A DNA stretch of 62,323 bases, counting the filler, from a bacterium (GTDB lineage Bacteria; UBA9089; CG2-30-40-21; SBAY01), in assembly GCA_040757115.1 (NCBI GenBank). It is 11 parts of 11 records of this genome, joined end to end, with 100 filler letters (N's around TTAATTAATTAA, not from the genome) between each part and the next. Parts side by side here need not be neighbours in the genome. Positions count along the whole stretch, not along the records: positions 17,350 to 22,950 come from JBFLYA010000243.1; positions 23,051 to 28,641 come from JBFLYA010000244.1; positions 28,742 to 34,300 come from JBFLYA010000245.1; 8 more parts are not named here. One strand, written 5' to 3'. Position numbers and translations under genes: made by a program. Below are positions 22,043-31,255 of this stretch, in pieces (position 1 is the first letter of the stretch; each line of letters begins with the position of its first letter). The notes under the pieces were generated by a model. It made no database searches. It was not told the DNA's origin and saw nothing but the letters and a program-made list of their open reading frames with translations.

Positions 22043-22843
22043 TTATAAATTCAACACATCTTGCATATCATACAAACCTGGTGTTTTTTTTGCAACAAAT
22101 CTTGCGGCTTTAATTGCTCCATGAGCAAATGTTAGCCGTGAATGGGCACGGTGAATAAGTTCCAATCGTTCACCTTCACTACCAAAAATGACTGTATGTT
22201 CTCCAACAATATCCCCAGACCTAAGAGCAAATATACCAATTTCATCAGGTTTTCGCTCTCCTACCTGTCCCTGTCGGCTATAAACTGCAACTTGATTAAA
22301 ATCCCTATTTAGACTATTGGCAATTATCTTGCCTAACATTATTGCCGTGCCAGATGGGGCATCTTTTTTATGGTGATGATGTGCTTCAAGTATCTCTACT
22401 TCGTAATCATTCCCTAATACCTTTGCAATCTCACCGACTAACTTAAACAGAAGATTAACTCCAATACTCATATTTGGGGCAAAAACAATCGGGATAGAAA
22501 ATGATAGGTCATTTATGCAATCTGTTTGAGCCTTATCTAATCCCGTTGTTCCAATGACCATTGCCAGATTATTTGCCGCGGCTATTTCAAGATGCTCAAT
22601 CGTTGTTTTAGGATTAGTAAATTCAATCAAAACATCGCCTGATTTAATGATTTTTTCTAAACTATCGACAATAGGCACGGTTATTCTTTTATCTCCAATT
22701 CTTTCACCAATATCACAACCAATCGCCTCATGTCCTGAATGCTCAATTCCAGCAATCAATTCCATATCTTTTTGCTCAAATACTAACTTCGCAATCATAC
22801 TTCCCATCCTACCACAGACACCGCTGACAATTACTTTAATCAT
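22043..22843 (-). CDS. dapB: 4-hydroxy-tetrahydrodipicolinate reductase
   Basis: GRMG, GTTG, EAHHHHKKDAPSGTA. Confidence 0.96.
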   Translation of the reverse strand: MIKVIVSGVCGRMGSMIAKLVFEQKDMELIAGIEHSGHEAIGCDIGERIGDKRITVPIVDSLEKIIKSGDVLIEFTNPKTTIEHLEIAAANNLAMVIGTTGLDKAQTDCINDLSFSIPIVFAPNMSIGVNLLFKLVGEIAKVLGNDYEVEILEAHHHHKKDAPSGTAIMLGKIIANSLNRDFNQVAVYSRQGQVGERKPDEIGIFALRSGDIVGEHTVIFGSEGERLELIHRAHSRLTFAHGAIKAARFVAKKTPGLYDMQDVLNL

Positions 22844-22868
22844 TAATATTCCCTCCTTTTGAGTAATG

Positions 22869-22950
22869 GTAACCGTTCAGGGATATAGCCACAGAGTCAC
22901 AGAGAACACAGAGGGAATATATAACCACGAATGAACACGAATAATAAAAA
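22869..22950. mobile_element. Left end of a GTAA-end element at the contig edge
   Basis: GTAACCGTTCAG followed by sequence shared with ~25495-25550. Confidence 0.75.
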
Positions 22951-23050
22951 NNNNNNNNNNNNNNNNNNNNNNNNNNNNNNNNNNNNNNNNNNNNTTAATT
23001 AATTAANNNNNNNNNNNNNNNNNNNNNNNNNNNNNNNNNNNNNNNNNNNN

Positions 23051-23131
23051 TTCAAGCAGTCCTGGTCCAAGTTCCTTATGCACCGCAACCGCAACATCAA
23101 CTATGATTTTCCCGATTTCATTTTCATTCAT
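23051..23131 (-). CDS. GxxExxY protein, N-terminal part (cut by contig end)
   Basis: MNENEIGKIIVDVAVAVHKELGPGLLE. Confidence 0.8.
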
Positions 23132-23170
23132 CTTTGTGTCCTTTGCGTCTCTGTGTGATTATTTTTATTA

Positions 23171-23231
23171 GTCTAACCTTAGATTATACTGCCTATCGGC
23201 AGTTTTTATTTTACTGCATTATAAGTTAGGC
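23171..23231 (-). other. Putative attC-like site immediately upstream of the GxxExxY gene
   Basis: Minus strand GCCTAAC...GTTAGAC, 61 bp, central ACTGCC/GGCAGT dyad; degenerate second copy at ~23303-23360. Confidence 0.5.
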
Positions 23232-23238
23232 TAGTTAT

Positions 23239-23267
23239 AGAGTAGCATAAATAGAATATTCTGTCAA
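23239..23267 (-). promoter_or_regulatory. Sigma70-type promoter facing the attC-like site and GxxExxY gene
   Basis: TTGACA-17 bp-TACTCT with TG extension. Confidence 0.5.
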
Positions 23268-23665
23268 GAAAAATTTTAATATCAAAATTAGAAAATACTG
23301 AAAAATAACATCATGGTATTATACTGCCTATTAGCGGTTTTTATTTTACTGCATTATAAATTTTTTCGACCTGTGCAGGTTAGCTTTAAGATTATTATTC
23401 TTCCCTTACCTTAAAAATGTCCGAAGGGGAATAAGGAGATAAGGAAGGATTATAAATTCCCTGGATAATTGGGCAAAAGGTTATGGTTATGAAGTTGGTA
23501 TGGAAGCCTGCTCCCTGATTTTCATCAGAGCTTGCCCTGAATTCATTTCAGGGGCAGGCTCTGACAGGCTCAGGAGTTAGCTCAGGATGGTTATGCAAAA
23601 AGACTAACCCTGGCCTGGCGCCAGGACAGGCTTCATAACCCCTAAACCAAACCACCCTCCTAACC

Positions 23666-23855
23666 ATAGTGTCGTGTTGAGTAAGTTTTGCACGGGGTAT
23701 CATCATATTTCATAACCTGCAAACGGATAATTGGTAACTGGTAATTGGTTAAATAGTTTCGTCATGAGCTCAGCCGAACGGTATTTAATTACCAGTTACC
23801 AATCACCAGTTACCAGAATCAAATTTCGTGCGTTATTTGTTCAACACGACAATAG
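23666..23855. mobile_element. Complete ~190-bp MITE with TGTCGTGTTGA terminal inverted repeats and an NTAG-type target
   Basis: ATAG-TGTCGTGTTGA ... TCAACACGACA-ATAG; internal inverted heptamer arrays; single CTCAGCCG (empty site). Confidence 0.88.
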
Positions 23856-23859
23856 GTGT

Positions 23860-24852
23860 TTAGATTCTCAGTCCTTCAATCTCTACCTCATCTATTGGGC
23901 AGACATTTAGGATTTCCTCTTTATGTGAGTCCCAAATAACTCTGATTCCACTTTTGCCTTTATCATCCGAATATCTCGCACAGATAGCGGCGGCTTTTAA
24001 CAAGTTGTCTGGCTCAATTTGTCCCCGGCAGATGACAATAGGACCTTTATAATTGACAACCATAACCTGGACATCATCCTTACCCAATTCAAGAAGCCTT
24101 TCATTCTCCTCCTCATTTCTTCCAACAACTACCTTTAATTCTTCTGATAGTCTAAAATGTCTGCCAATCTTCAAAAACTCAATATCAATCAAGGTTGGAG
24201 CATCGGTATGAGTAAGTAAATCCTTCATCTTTTTTGCAAATTCTGGGTCTGTTAACAGACAGCCACCTGCGGGAGATGGATAATCATTTATCTGTAGCTC
24301 TTTTGCCAGCTGAATTTGAGGTTTTCTTGAACGACCAGAAATACTAAGGAGTTTTTCTCTATCTACCCAGCCTTTTTCTTCAGGTAAGGTTGGTTTGAGC
24401 AATTTTGCAGATAAAGGCCGCAATACCAATCCCTCAAGCCCACTTTCGCGGTCAATTATCTCCATTGCCCTTCGATATTGGGACATAGGTCTTTGCCCAA
24501 GGACCTCGCCAGTAACGATAAAGGATGCTTCTGATATGGTCATATATTCTTTTGCCTTTTTAAGCATTAGAATTCGGCAATCAATGCAGGGGTTTATATT
24601 TTTCCCGTAGCCATACTTAGGATTTTTAAGCATCTCCAGATATTCTTTGCCGAGTTCAAATACCTTTAATTTCATCCCACATTTCTCGGTTACGATTTCT
24701 GCAGAATGTGAATAGTCTTTAATTTGATTCCATCGCCAAAATGGGCTAATAAAGTTTATCGCCTCAACCTCTATTCCCATCTTGAGTATTATCTCTATGG
24801 CGATGGTGCTATCCAATCCCCCGGATAAGAGGGCTAATGCCTTATGTGTCAT
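23860..24852 (-). CDS. ThiI/MnmA-like PP-loop tRNA thiolation protein
   Basis: LLSGGLDS, NPCIDCR, TGEVLGQRPMSQ, PAGGCLLT. Confidence 0.8.
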   Translation of the reverse strand: MTHKALALLSGGLDSTIAIEIILKMGIEVEAINFISPFWRWNQIKDYSHSAEIVTEKCGMKLKVFELGKEYLEMLKNPKYGYGKNINPCIDCRILMLKKAKEYMTISEASFIVTGEVLGQRPMSQYRRAMEIIDRESGLEGLVLRPLSAKLLKPTLPEEKGWVDREKLLSISGRSRKPQIQLAKELQINDYPSPAGGCLLTDPEFAKKMKDLLTHTDAPTLIDIEFLKIGRHFRLSEELKVVVGRNEEENERLLELGKDDVQVMVVNYKGPIVICRGQIEPDNLLKAAAICARYSDDKGKSGIRVIWDSHKEEILNVCPIDEVEIEGLRI

Positions 24853-24988
24853 AAAACCTTCACGCTCCAATATTTCCCCTGAAAATAGCGAATTAGTGAA
24901 TTAGAGATTAGCGAATTATCTTGCGTCCGTGCTTTCGCAGACTCATGAGCGTTTTTCCTTTTCTTACACTACCTGATATGGTGAACGG

Positions 24989-25456
24989 TTACGAGTTGAT
25001 GAGGATAATCTTATCCCCGGCTTTAATCTTGCCGCCAGATATTACCTCGGCAAATATCCCTTCTTTTGGCATCACGCAATCGCCTGCTTGATAATAAATG
25101 GCACATCTATCATGACAGACTTTCCCGAGCTGACTTATTCTCAAAAGCACATCAGAGCCTATTTTAAGTTGGTTTCCTATTTTTAGCAAAAGTAAATCAA
25201 TTCCACTGGTAGTGATATTCTCTGCAAAATCTCCTGGACCGACCGCAAGCCCCATCTGTTTCATCTTTTCAATCGATTCAAGGGCTAATAGGCTTACCTG
25301 GCGATGGGATACCTCATTTTTAATATCAGGACTGATATTGGCATGCCCATCATCTTTGAGTCCACAATCCTTTATCAGTTGCCAGGCTTGACTAACGGGT
25401 TTTTTCCGTTCACCTTTGTTTTTACTGATATTAACTGAAACTACCTGACCAATCAT
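24989..25456 (-). CDS. MOSC domain protein
   Basis: HRQVSLL, GDFAENITT, GKVCHDRC, CVMPKEGIF. Confidence 0.9.
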   Translation of the reverse strand: MIGQVVSVNISKNKGERKKPVSQAWQLIKDCGLKDDGHANISPDIKNEVSHRQVSLLALESIEKMKQMGLAVGPGDFAENITTSGIDLLLLKIGNQLKIGSDVLLRISQLGKVCHDRCAIYYQAGDCVMPKEGIFAEVISGGKIKAGDKIILINS

Positions 25457-25494
25457 TAAATCCGCTCCATTTACAAATTAAATTCACCGATTAA

Positions 25495-25718
25495 TAGCCA
25501 CAGAGTCACAGAGAACACAGAGGGAATATATAACCACGAATGAACACAAATACAAAGAGATTTGGAGTGCGAGGCTGTAACCTCACTTCTGGCAAGCCAA
25601 AAGGCGAACCTAAAGGTTCGCACTACATTTATGGGATGTCAGAGGTTAATTCGTGTGCATTTCTGGCTAATTTCCTTAATTCTCTGTGAACTCTGTGCCT
25701 CTGTGGCTGAACGCTTAC
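25495..25718. mobile_element. GTAA-end element remnant (right end intact) containing a REP-like hairpin
   Basis: GCCACAGAG...CTCTGTGGCTGAACGCTTAC; internal GCGAACCTAAAGGTTCGC related to 45718-45770. Confidence 0.7.
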
Positions 25719-25727
25719 CAGTTTCTT

Positions 25728-26018
25728 TCAATCCACAATCCGCAACTCCTCAAACAGTCCTAACTTTACCAGTTCCTCAATAAGATACATCACATCTTTT
25801 TTAAGCAATGGCTCACCGCCAGTAATTCGCACCCGTCTAATGCCAAGTTGAGCCATCAAACCTGCCAGTCGGATTATCTCCTCGTATCTTAAAATCTCCT
25901 GATGACTCTTCTTACCTATCTCTTTCCATGATTGACAGTAGATACACTGTAAATTACACATATCCGTAATAGAAAGACGCAAGTAATTAATCTGACGATG
26001 GTAACTGTCTGTAAGCAT
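25728..26018 (-). pseudogene. moaA: Truncated GTP 3',8-cyclase MoaA (only ~92 N-terminal residues)
   Basis: DSYHRQINYLRLSITDMCNLQCIYC, RITGGEPL, then a stop next to repeat DNA. Confidence 0.85.
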
Positions 26019-26025
26019 AGGTAGT

Positions 26026-26538
26026 TCACCTTCTTATAAATTCTTCTTCCAGAAAATCAGCTATTTTTGAGTAATCACTCAGTTCAAAGCAGGGTATTTC
26101 AAGGTTAAAAGGACAGTCACTTACTACCGCCACGAGATTATCTTTTTCAGGATTACAGAGCAAACCAGTTTTTTTTACTATCTCCTGGCGAAAGACCTCA
26201 ATCTTCGGTTTATCCTCAAGTTTATAGCCTTCAGTTAAAATAAGGTCTAATTCAGAAAGATACATTCTGCTAATCTCATCGATACTACAGGGATTTTTCA
26301 ACTTACGGATGAGCATCAATTTATTCTGCCCGGCTAAAACAGTAGTTTGGGCACCAGCGAGTTGATAGCGATAGGTATCTTTCCCTTCACAGTCAACTTC
26401 CCCCTGTTTAATTATATGGCTGTGATGCTTAATTACGCCAATAGCGTAACCCCTTTTTCTTAATTCTGGCACCAGACTTTCAATTAAGGTTGTCTTACCA
26501 CTATTTTTTCTACCAACGATAGAGACTATTGGAATCAT
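26026..26538 (-). CDS. mobB: Molybdopterin-guanine dinucleotide biosynthesis protein MobB
   Basis: GRKNSGKTTL, VIKH, GKDT, DLILTEGYK. Confidence 0.92.
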   Translation of the reverse strand: MIPIVSIVGRKNSGKTTLIESLVPELRKRGYAIGVIKHHSHIIKQGEVDCEGKDTYRYQLAGAQTTVLAGQNKLMLIRKLKNPCSIDEISRMYLSELDLILTEGYKLEDKPKIEVFRQEIVKKTGLLCNPEKDNLVAVVSDCPFNLEIPCFELSDYSKIADFLEEEFIRR

Positions 26539-26547
26539 TGTGAAATA

Positions 26548-26576
26548 AGTATAATTGATTTTACTTTATTTGTCAA
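26548..26576 (-). promoter_or_regulatory. Sigma70-type promoter of mobB
   Basis: TTGACA-17 bp-TATACT, 9 nt before the ATG. Confidence 0.65.
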
Positions 26577-26580
26577 TAGA

Positions 26581-27321
26581 TTAAAGATATGAGTGCAAAC
26601 CGGAAACTAAGAAACTGACCCCAAGAAATGTGAAAAGGATAACAAGTAACCCGACTATGGCTAAATAGGAAAGAGTCTTTTTGCTTACTCCGATAAACCT
26701 CAGATGAAGGAATAAGGCATAGTATAGCCAGGTAATTAAGGCCCAGACCTCTTTTGGGTCCCAACCCCAGTATCTCCCCCAGGCAAAATATGCCCAGATA
26801 GCACCGGAGATGATGCCAAAAGTAAGCAACGGGAAGCCTAATTTAATTAAATAAATCGTTACCTCAGAAAATCTTTTCTCTTTATCCTTAAAAAGTGAGA
26901 CAATAGCAGAAATAGTCGCCAGACTAAAAAAGGCATAAGCCAGAAAACAACTACTGACATGAATATGTAGCCAGGGGCTTTGAAGGGCGGGCATAAGTGG
27001 TTTTGTCTGCCAGGTAAAGGTTAAACTGGTGATTATTCCAGCCGCGGATAAAAGTGTTGTCCAGACACCAAGATTAACCCATTGAAACCATTTAAGCCCA
27101 ACTAACCAGATTATGGGTATCAGCCAGCTTAAAAAAAGCAAAGATTCGTAGAGATTGGTAAATGGTGGATGACCTGTGTTAATGCTTAAAATAACCAACC
27201 CGAGTGTCTGGATAATAAGCCCTGCAGAGATAAGAATTATCCTACCTTTCTGCTTGAAATTAGGAATTACGGATAAAAGATAAACAATGACAACGACTCC
27301 AAATAAGATTTTATCTGGCAA
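26581..27321 (-). CDS. ccsA: Cytochrome c biogenesis system II protein CcsA/ResC
   Basis: WGRYWGWDPKE (WWD domain), GLHSY. Confidence 0.93.
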   Translation of the reverse strand: MPDKILFGVVVIVYLLSVIPNFKQKGRIILISAGLIIQTLGLVILSINTGHPPFTNLYESLLFLSWLIPIIWLVGLKWFQWVNLGVWTTLLSAAGIITSLTFTWQTKPLMPALQSPWLHIHVSSCFLAYAFFSLATISAIVSLFKDKEKRFSEVTIYLIKLGFPLLTFGIISGAIWAYFAWGRYWGWDPKEVWALITWLYYALFLHLRFIGVSKKTLSYLAIVGLLVILFTFLGVSFLVSGLHSYL

Positions 27322-28213
27322 AGTAAAACCTCCTTATCAGCCCCAAAAGGATAAGAAATGAACCCAGAATGGCTATCTTTGCTCCAGGGTCTTTAACCAC
27401 CTCAAGACTACTCCAATATTTCTCGACCACCATCTCTTCAAAGTCAAGATGAGATAATATTTTCCCTTGCCGATGATGAAAATCCTTGTGTTTGAGAAAT
27501 AACCATCCATTTTCTTTTAGCGTATCGTCTTTGTAAACGGCAATTTTCACGGCAGGGTTCTTAAATTCCGCAGACCTAGAAAATGTTCTACCATCACTGT
27601 CGATAGCAAAATCAGGCAAGAAATCAATCAGTTTAAAAGTGAGACCACTTTCTTCCTCAATAACCTCATCCCCTATTCCCTTAAAGACTATTTTTCCCCG
27701 CGGAGAAGCAATCTTTAAACGGACATCAGACAGTTCATAGCCTTGCTGGTAAAAGTTAAATCCGTTGAAGGAAAGAGGATGGTTAACCAAACTTTCCCCT
27801 TTTTTGACTAATTGGTTATTTAAAAATATAGAAATGGTGCTTTTAAATTCTCTTGGTGTTTGCCCATCATCATAAAACTTAAGGTCAAAGTCATCCAACC
27901 TTATTATCAAATTCGTCTCAGGTAGTCTCTGTTTTTCTCCTTCTCTTATCTCTATCACCTGGCGATAGCCAAAGAGAAGGGTAATTAATGCCCCAGTTAG
28001 AATTACCAGGAAACCTGAATGAATCAGCCAGGAAGTCAGGGAGACTTTTTTTCTCAAAATAAGACAGGTAAGGATAATTCCTGCGGCACAAACTAAAAGC
28101 AGGAGGAAAAATGGGGAGTGATAAAATTCCACATCATTCTTAAAACTACCAAAGATTAAGACACCAACGATAACACCACATAAAACCCCGCTTAGAAAAA
28201 ATATCTTTTTCAT
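27311..28213 (-). CDS. Cytochrome c biogenesis ResB/CcsB-like protein
   Basis: LIHSG, VNHPL..FYQ, VKDPG; overlaps ccsA. Confidence 0.85.
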   Translation of the reverse strand: MKKIFFLSGVLCGVIVGVLIFGSFKNDVEFYHSPFFLLLLVCAAGIILTCLILRKKVSLTSWLIHSGFLVILTGALITLLFGYRQVIEIREGEKQRLPETNLIIRLDDFDLKFYDDGQTPREFKSTISIFLNNQLVKKGESLVNHPLSFNGFNFYQQGYELSDVRLKIASPRGKIVFKGIGDEVIEEESGLTFKLIDFLPDFAIDSDGRTFSRSAEFKNPAVKIAVYKDDTLKENGWLFLKHKDFHHRQGKILSHLDFEEMVVEKYWSSLEVVKDPGAKIAILGSFLILLGLIRRFYFAR

Positions 28214-28226
28214 ATTTTTCTTAATT

Positions 28227-28255
28227 AAGATAGCATAATTACTCTAATTTGTCAA
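28227..28255 (-). promoter_or_regulatory. Sigma70-type promoter of resB-ccsA
   Basis: TTGACA-17 bp-TATCTT with TG extension. Confidence 0.6.
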
Positions 28256-28279
28256 GAGGCAGACCGAGAATTCCTGGTA

Positions 28280-28525
28280 TGGAGTGCGGCGGTATCTTGC
28301 TACCGCTTTCGGATAAGGCAAAAGCAATCTTTCGCACTCCAAAGGCTATTTTCAGAAGAAACGGACATGAGCCAAGGCTCACAAAGGGCAATGAAAATGG
28401 GAGAAGGACAACCCCCTAACCCCCTTTATTAAGGGGGAATTGCTGAGAGTTTCTTTCTTCCCGAATCCCGAGTCCCGAATCCCGATTTTCAGAAGAAACG
28501 CTCATGCCCCCACGGGACACAAAGT
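28280..28525. repeat. Cluster of short palindromic repeats separated by ATTTTCAGAAGAAACG..CATG-hairpin units
   Basis: Unit at 28348-28398, partial unit at 28485-28525, related inverted copy at 5946-5990. Confidence 0.6.
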
Positions 28526-28741
28526 CTTATGGTGAAATGTCAAGTAAAAAATTAAGTTTTTTTAAAAATATTTTTCTTGACTTATATCCCTAAAAAGGCA
28601 CAAAAATAGTATGTTCGGATACAAGTGAATTTTTTAAATATNNNNNNNNNNNNNNNNNNNNNNNNNNNNNNNNNNNNNNNNNNNNTTAATTAATTAANNN
28701 NNNNNNNNNNNNNNNNNNNNNNNNNNNNNNNNNNNNNNNNN

Positions 28742-29053
28742 TTTATCTGGAGGCCAGGCATAGCGTATCCGCTCTCTCTTAGGATTATAAAGTGCTAAAA
28801 ACGAATCTATCTCCTTTGCTACATCACTTACAGTTACCTTAAATAATCCTCGTTTAGGTATGTTTATCCTGTAATAATCTATATCTTGCTTTGGGGCAAT
28901 GTTATTACCCGTGATTACCTGACCTAATTCTATCTTCGTTGCCTGATTAAAACTGTCATTCGGCTCAAAGAGATCTTGGGCAAAAGTCTTTGTGGCAAAA
29001 ATACATGGGATAACTAATCCTACGAATACACTTAAAATCAAACTTTTTTTCAT
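28742..29053 (-). CDS. Secreted protein with PPC-like domain (partial, runs off contig)
   Basis: Signal peptide then DLFEPNDSFNQA...DIDYY. Confidence 0.7.
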
Positions 29054-29272
29054 TTTGTCTATTCCTCCTCGTATAATATAATATGAACACTCTCGGATAA
29101 ATTTGAGCGTTGATTTTATTAGCCTTCACACACCTCGAATTTTCCCTTCACCCCCAGTATTCCCCTCTTGAGAGGCTTATCGTTACCCACAAGTCCAAAT
29201 ATAGTTAATTGACAATTATCAATTAGCCATTATCAATTCACAATTAATATTTGATGTTAACAAAATTAACAA

Positions 29273-29484
29273 GTAACTATTCACCACGAAGAGCACGAAG
29301 GGCAGGGAGATGTTACAGAACAAATCTCTTTATGCCTTCTTTCAATCTTTCCACATTGAAATTTATCACTAGACCAACCTTGATATTTGCCAATTTCATA
29401 TATGTTAATATTTGAGCTTCATGAATTCGATAATTCATCAAATTTCACTTCGTGCTCTCCGTGCCTTTCGTGGTGAATAGTTAC
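29273..29484. mobile_element. GTAA-end miniature element (no target duplication visible)
   Basis: GTAACTATTCACCACGAA...TTCGTGGTGAATAGTTAC; right ~60 bp nearly identical to 9993-10052. Confidence 0.8.
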
Positions 29485-29499
29485 CTAATCGATAATTCA

Positions 29500-30498
29500 C
29501 TAATTCGCTAGTCTTACAACCCTATTTATTTCCTCTTCTGAAAGTTCTGTTATCTCAGCAATCATCTCCAATTTAAACCCTTTTTTATACATCGATTTAG
29601 CTGTTTCTATTGCCTTCCTATATTCGCCTTGTTGTAATCCTTGTTCTAATCCTTGTTGTAACCCTTGTTCTAATCCTTGTTGTAATCCTTGTTCTAATCC
29701 TTGTTGTAACCCTTGTTCTAATCCTTGTTGTAACCCTTGTTCTAATCCTTGTTGTAACCCTTGTTCTAATCCTTGTTCTAACCCTTTCTTTTCGGCATAA
29801 GAAATCGATGCCTTTTGAATATAGATGAAATCTTTCCTTTTATGCTGTATCTCTAATTCTTTAGCACTCAGACCTGCTTGATTGGCTATCTCAAATGCCT
29901 TCTTTATCTCTTTACTCATCCCCAGTGTTTTGGGTATGTAATTTAGCTTACCCGCATTTTTTATAAAATATATCCATTTATCCGTAATATCACTTAATTC
30001 ACTTTCTTCCTTCTTGAATTTTGGCAACTCAATGAAGATTAATTCAATATCTCCACTATATTCAACTAACTCCTCCTTCTCTATCAATCTGAAGTAACTG
30101 ATGACCTTTGTCCACTCACTAAACATCTCAAAATCAGTAATAGTGATAGCAATAATCGGGTTTAATAGATAAAATTCATCACCACATAAAAGTTGCGTAG
30201 AATATGCCTTCGCCGCATTGTAGAGAATCCTTTTTTCTAATCCTTCATAATTTAATATCTGCATCTCAATAATTACGCCACTACCATCTGATAATATTGC
30301 CTTGACATCAACATAGGTATCTTTCATCCCTTTAAGTAACGGTATCTGATATGGGTCAACTATGGTTAAATCTTCAATAATGCTTCCATCTTTGAATTTA
30401 ACCACGGAGTTTATAAAGTTTATAAGTATATCTTTTGATTGTTTACTTCCAAATACCTTTTTAAAGGCAAAGTCTGTTTTTACATCTAAAAACTGCAT
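29500..30498 (-). CDS. Rpn family PD-(D/E)XK nuclease
   Basis: DFAFKKVFG, DVKA, IIEMQ, FIELPKF, KWIYF; C-terminal IAEITELSEEEI. Confidence 0.9.
   Translation of the reverse strand: MQFLDVKTDFAFKKVFGSKQSKDILINFINSVVKFKDGSIIEDLTIVDPYQIPLLKGMKDTYVDVKAILSDGSGVIIEMQILNYEGLEKRILYNAAKAYSTQLLCGDEFYLLNPIIAITITDFEMFSEWTKVISYFRLIEKEELVEYSGDIELIFIELPKFKKEESELSDITDKWIYFIKNAGKLNYIPKTLGMSKEIKKAFEIANQAGLSAKELEIQHKRKDFIYIQKASISYAEKKGLEQGLEQGLQQGLEQGLQQGLEQGLQQGLEQGLQQGLEQGLQQGLEQGLQQGEYRKAIETAKSMYKKGFKLEMIAEITELSEEEINRVVRLAN
29629..29784 (-). repeat. 13 x 12-bp coding tandem repeat (GLEQ/GLQQ)
   Basis: Plus-strand units TTGTT(G/C)TAA(T/C)CC. Confidence 0.95.
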
Positions 30499-30538
30499 AT
30501 TTTTATTCCTCCTTGAATTCGTATTTCGTAATTTGTAG

Positions 30539-30890
30539 GTAACTATTCAGCCACAGATGGATACAGATGAAACACTGATTTTATTTTTTTATCCCTGCTA
30601 ATCCGCCTCGATCAGATTACTATTCGCCAACCATAACTCCTGTGTATTTTACTTTAATTGGGTATTCCAATTCTGGTGAATATTTCCAGGCTAATAATTC
30701 AATCTATTATGTTTTTTGATAAACTCTTTCCCAAAAAGCATAACCAAAATATTGTAGACTTCAAATGCACATCCTCAGTTCTTTTTTCATATTTTAAACT
30801 CATTCTATTTCATCCGTGTTAATCCGTGTCCATCAGTGGCTGAATAATTACATTTTTATATTCTTTGTGTCTTGGTGGCTGAATAGTTAC
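30539..30890. mobile_element. 352-bp GTAA-end element carrying a decayed GxxExxY gene
   Basis: GTAACTATTCAGCCAC / GTGGCTGAATAGTTAC; perfect ATTTGTAG duplication at 30531-30538 and 30891-30898. Confidence 0.9.
30615..30803 (-). pseudogene. Frameshifted GxxExxY remnant
   Basis: Fragments MSLKYEK, GCAFEVYNIL and ELEYPIKVKYTGVMVGE, interrupted by stops and frameshifts. Confidence 0.7.
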
Positions 30891-31255
30891 ATTTGTAGAA
30901 TGAATAACAAACAATGAACTGGACTTTCGTAAATTTTATGCTCCTATTGAGGCTATCTAAAGCTCTCTTTATCCTTATCAATCTGTTTATTTTGTTCAAA
31001 GATGGCAAAATTAGACTCAAAAGCCTGATGATTTTTTTGCAACTTATCCTTTGAAGTTGAGTTGATAAAAAATGTTTTACCTATTTTCTTCCCTTTGTGT
31101 CCTTTGCGTTACTACTTTGTGCCCTTTGCGATTTATCCTTTTTTAATCGCAAAGAACACAAAGAAATCAACCGCAAAGAACGCAAAGATTAAAGGCAAAA
31201 GAAATCATAAAAAATTCACGAAACACCAGTTTATACAAAACTTTGCTTGTATTTA

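Noticed and set aside
29273-29484. Target duplications for the elements at 29273-29484, 45857-46065 and 50811-51003
   Set aside because: The flanking octamers do not match (for example ATTAACAA vs CTAATCGA), so these were counted only as end-bearing copies.
29610-29828. Hydrophobic LVVTLVLI ORF
   Set aside because: It is the antisense shadow of the Rpn 12-bp repeat.
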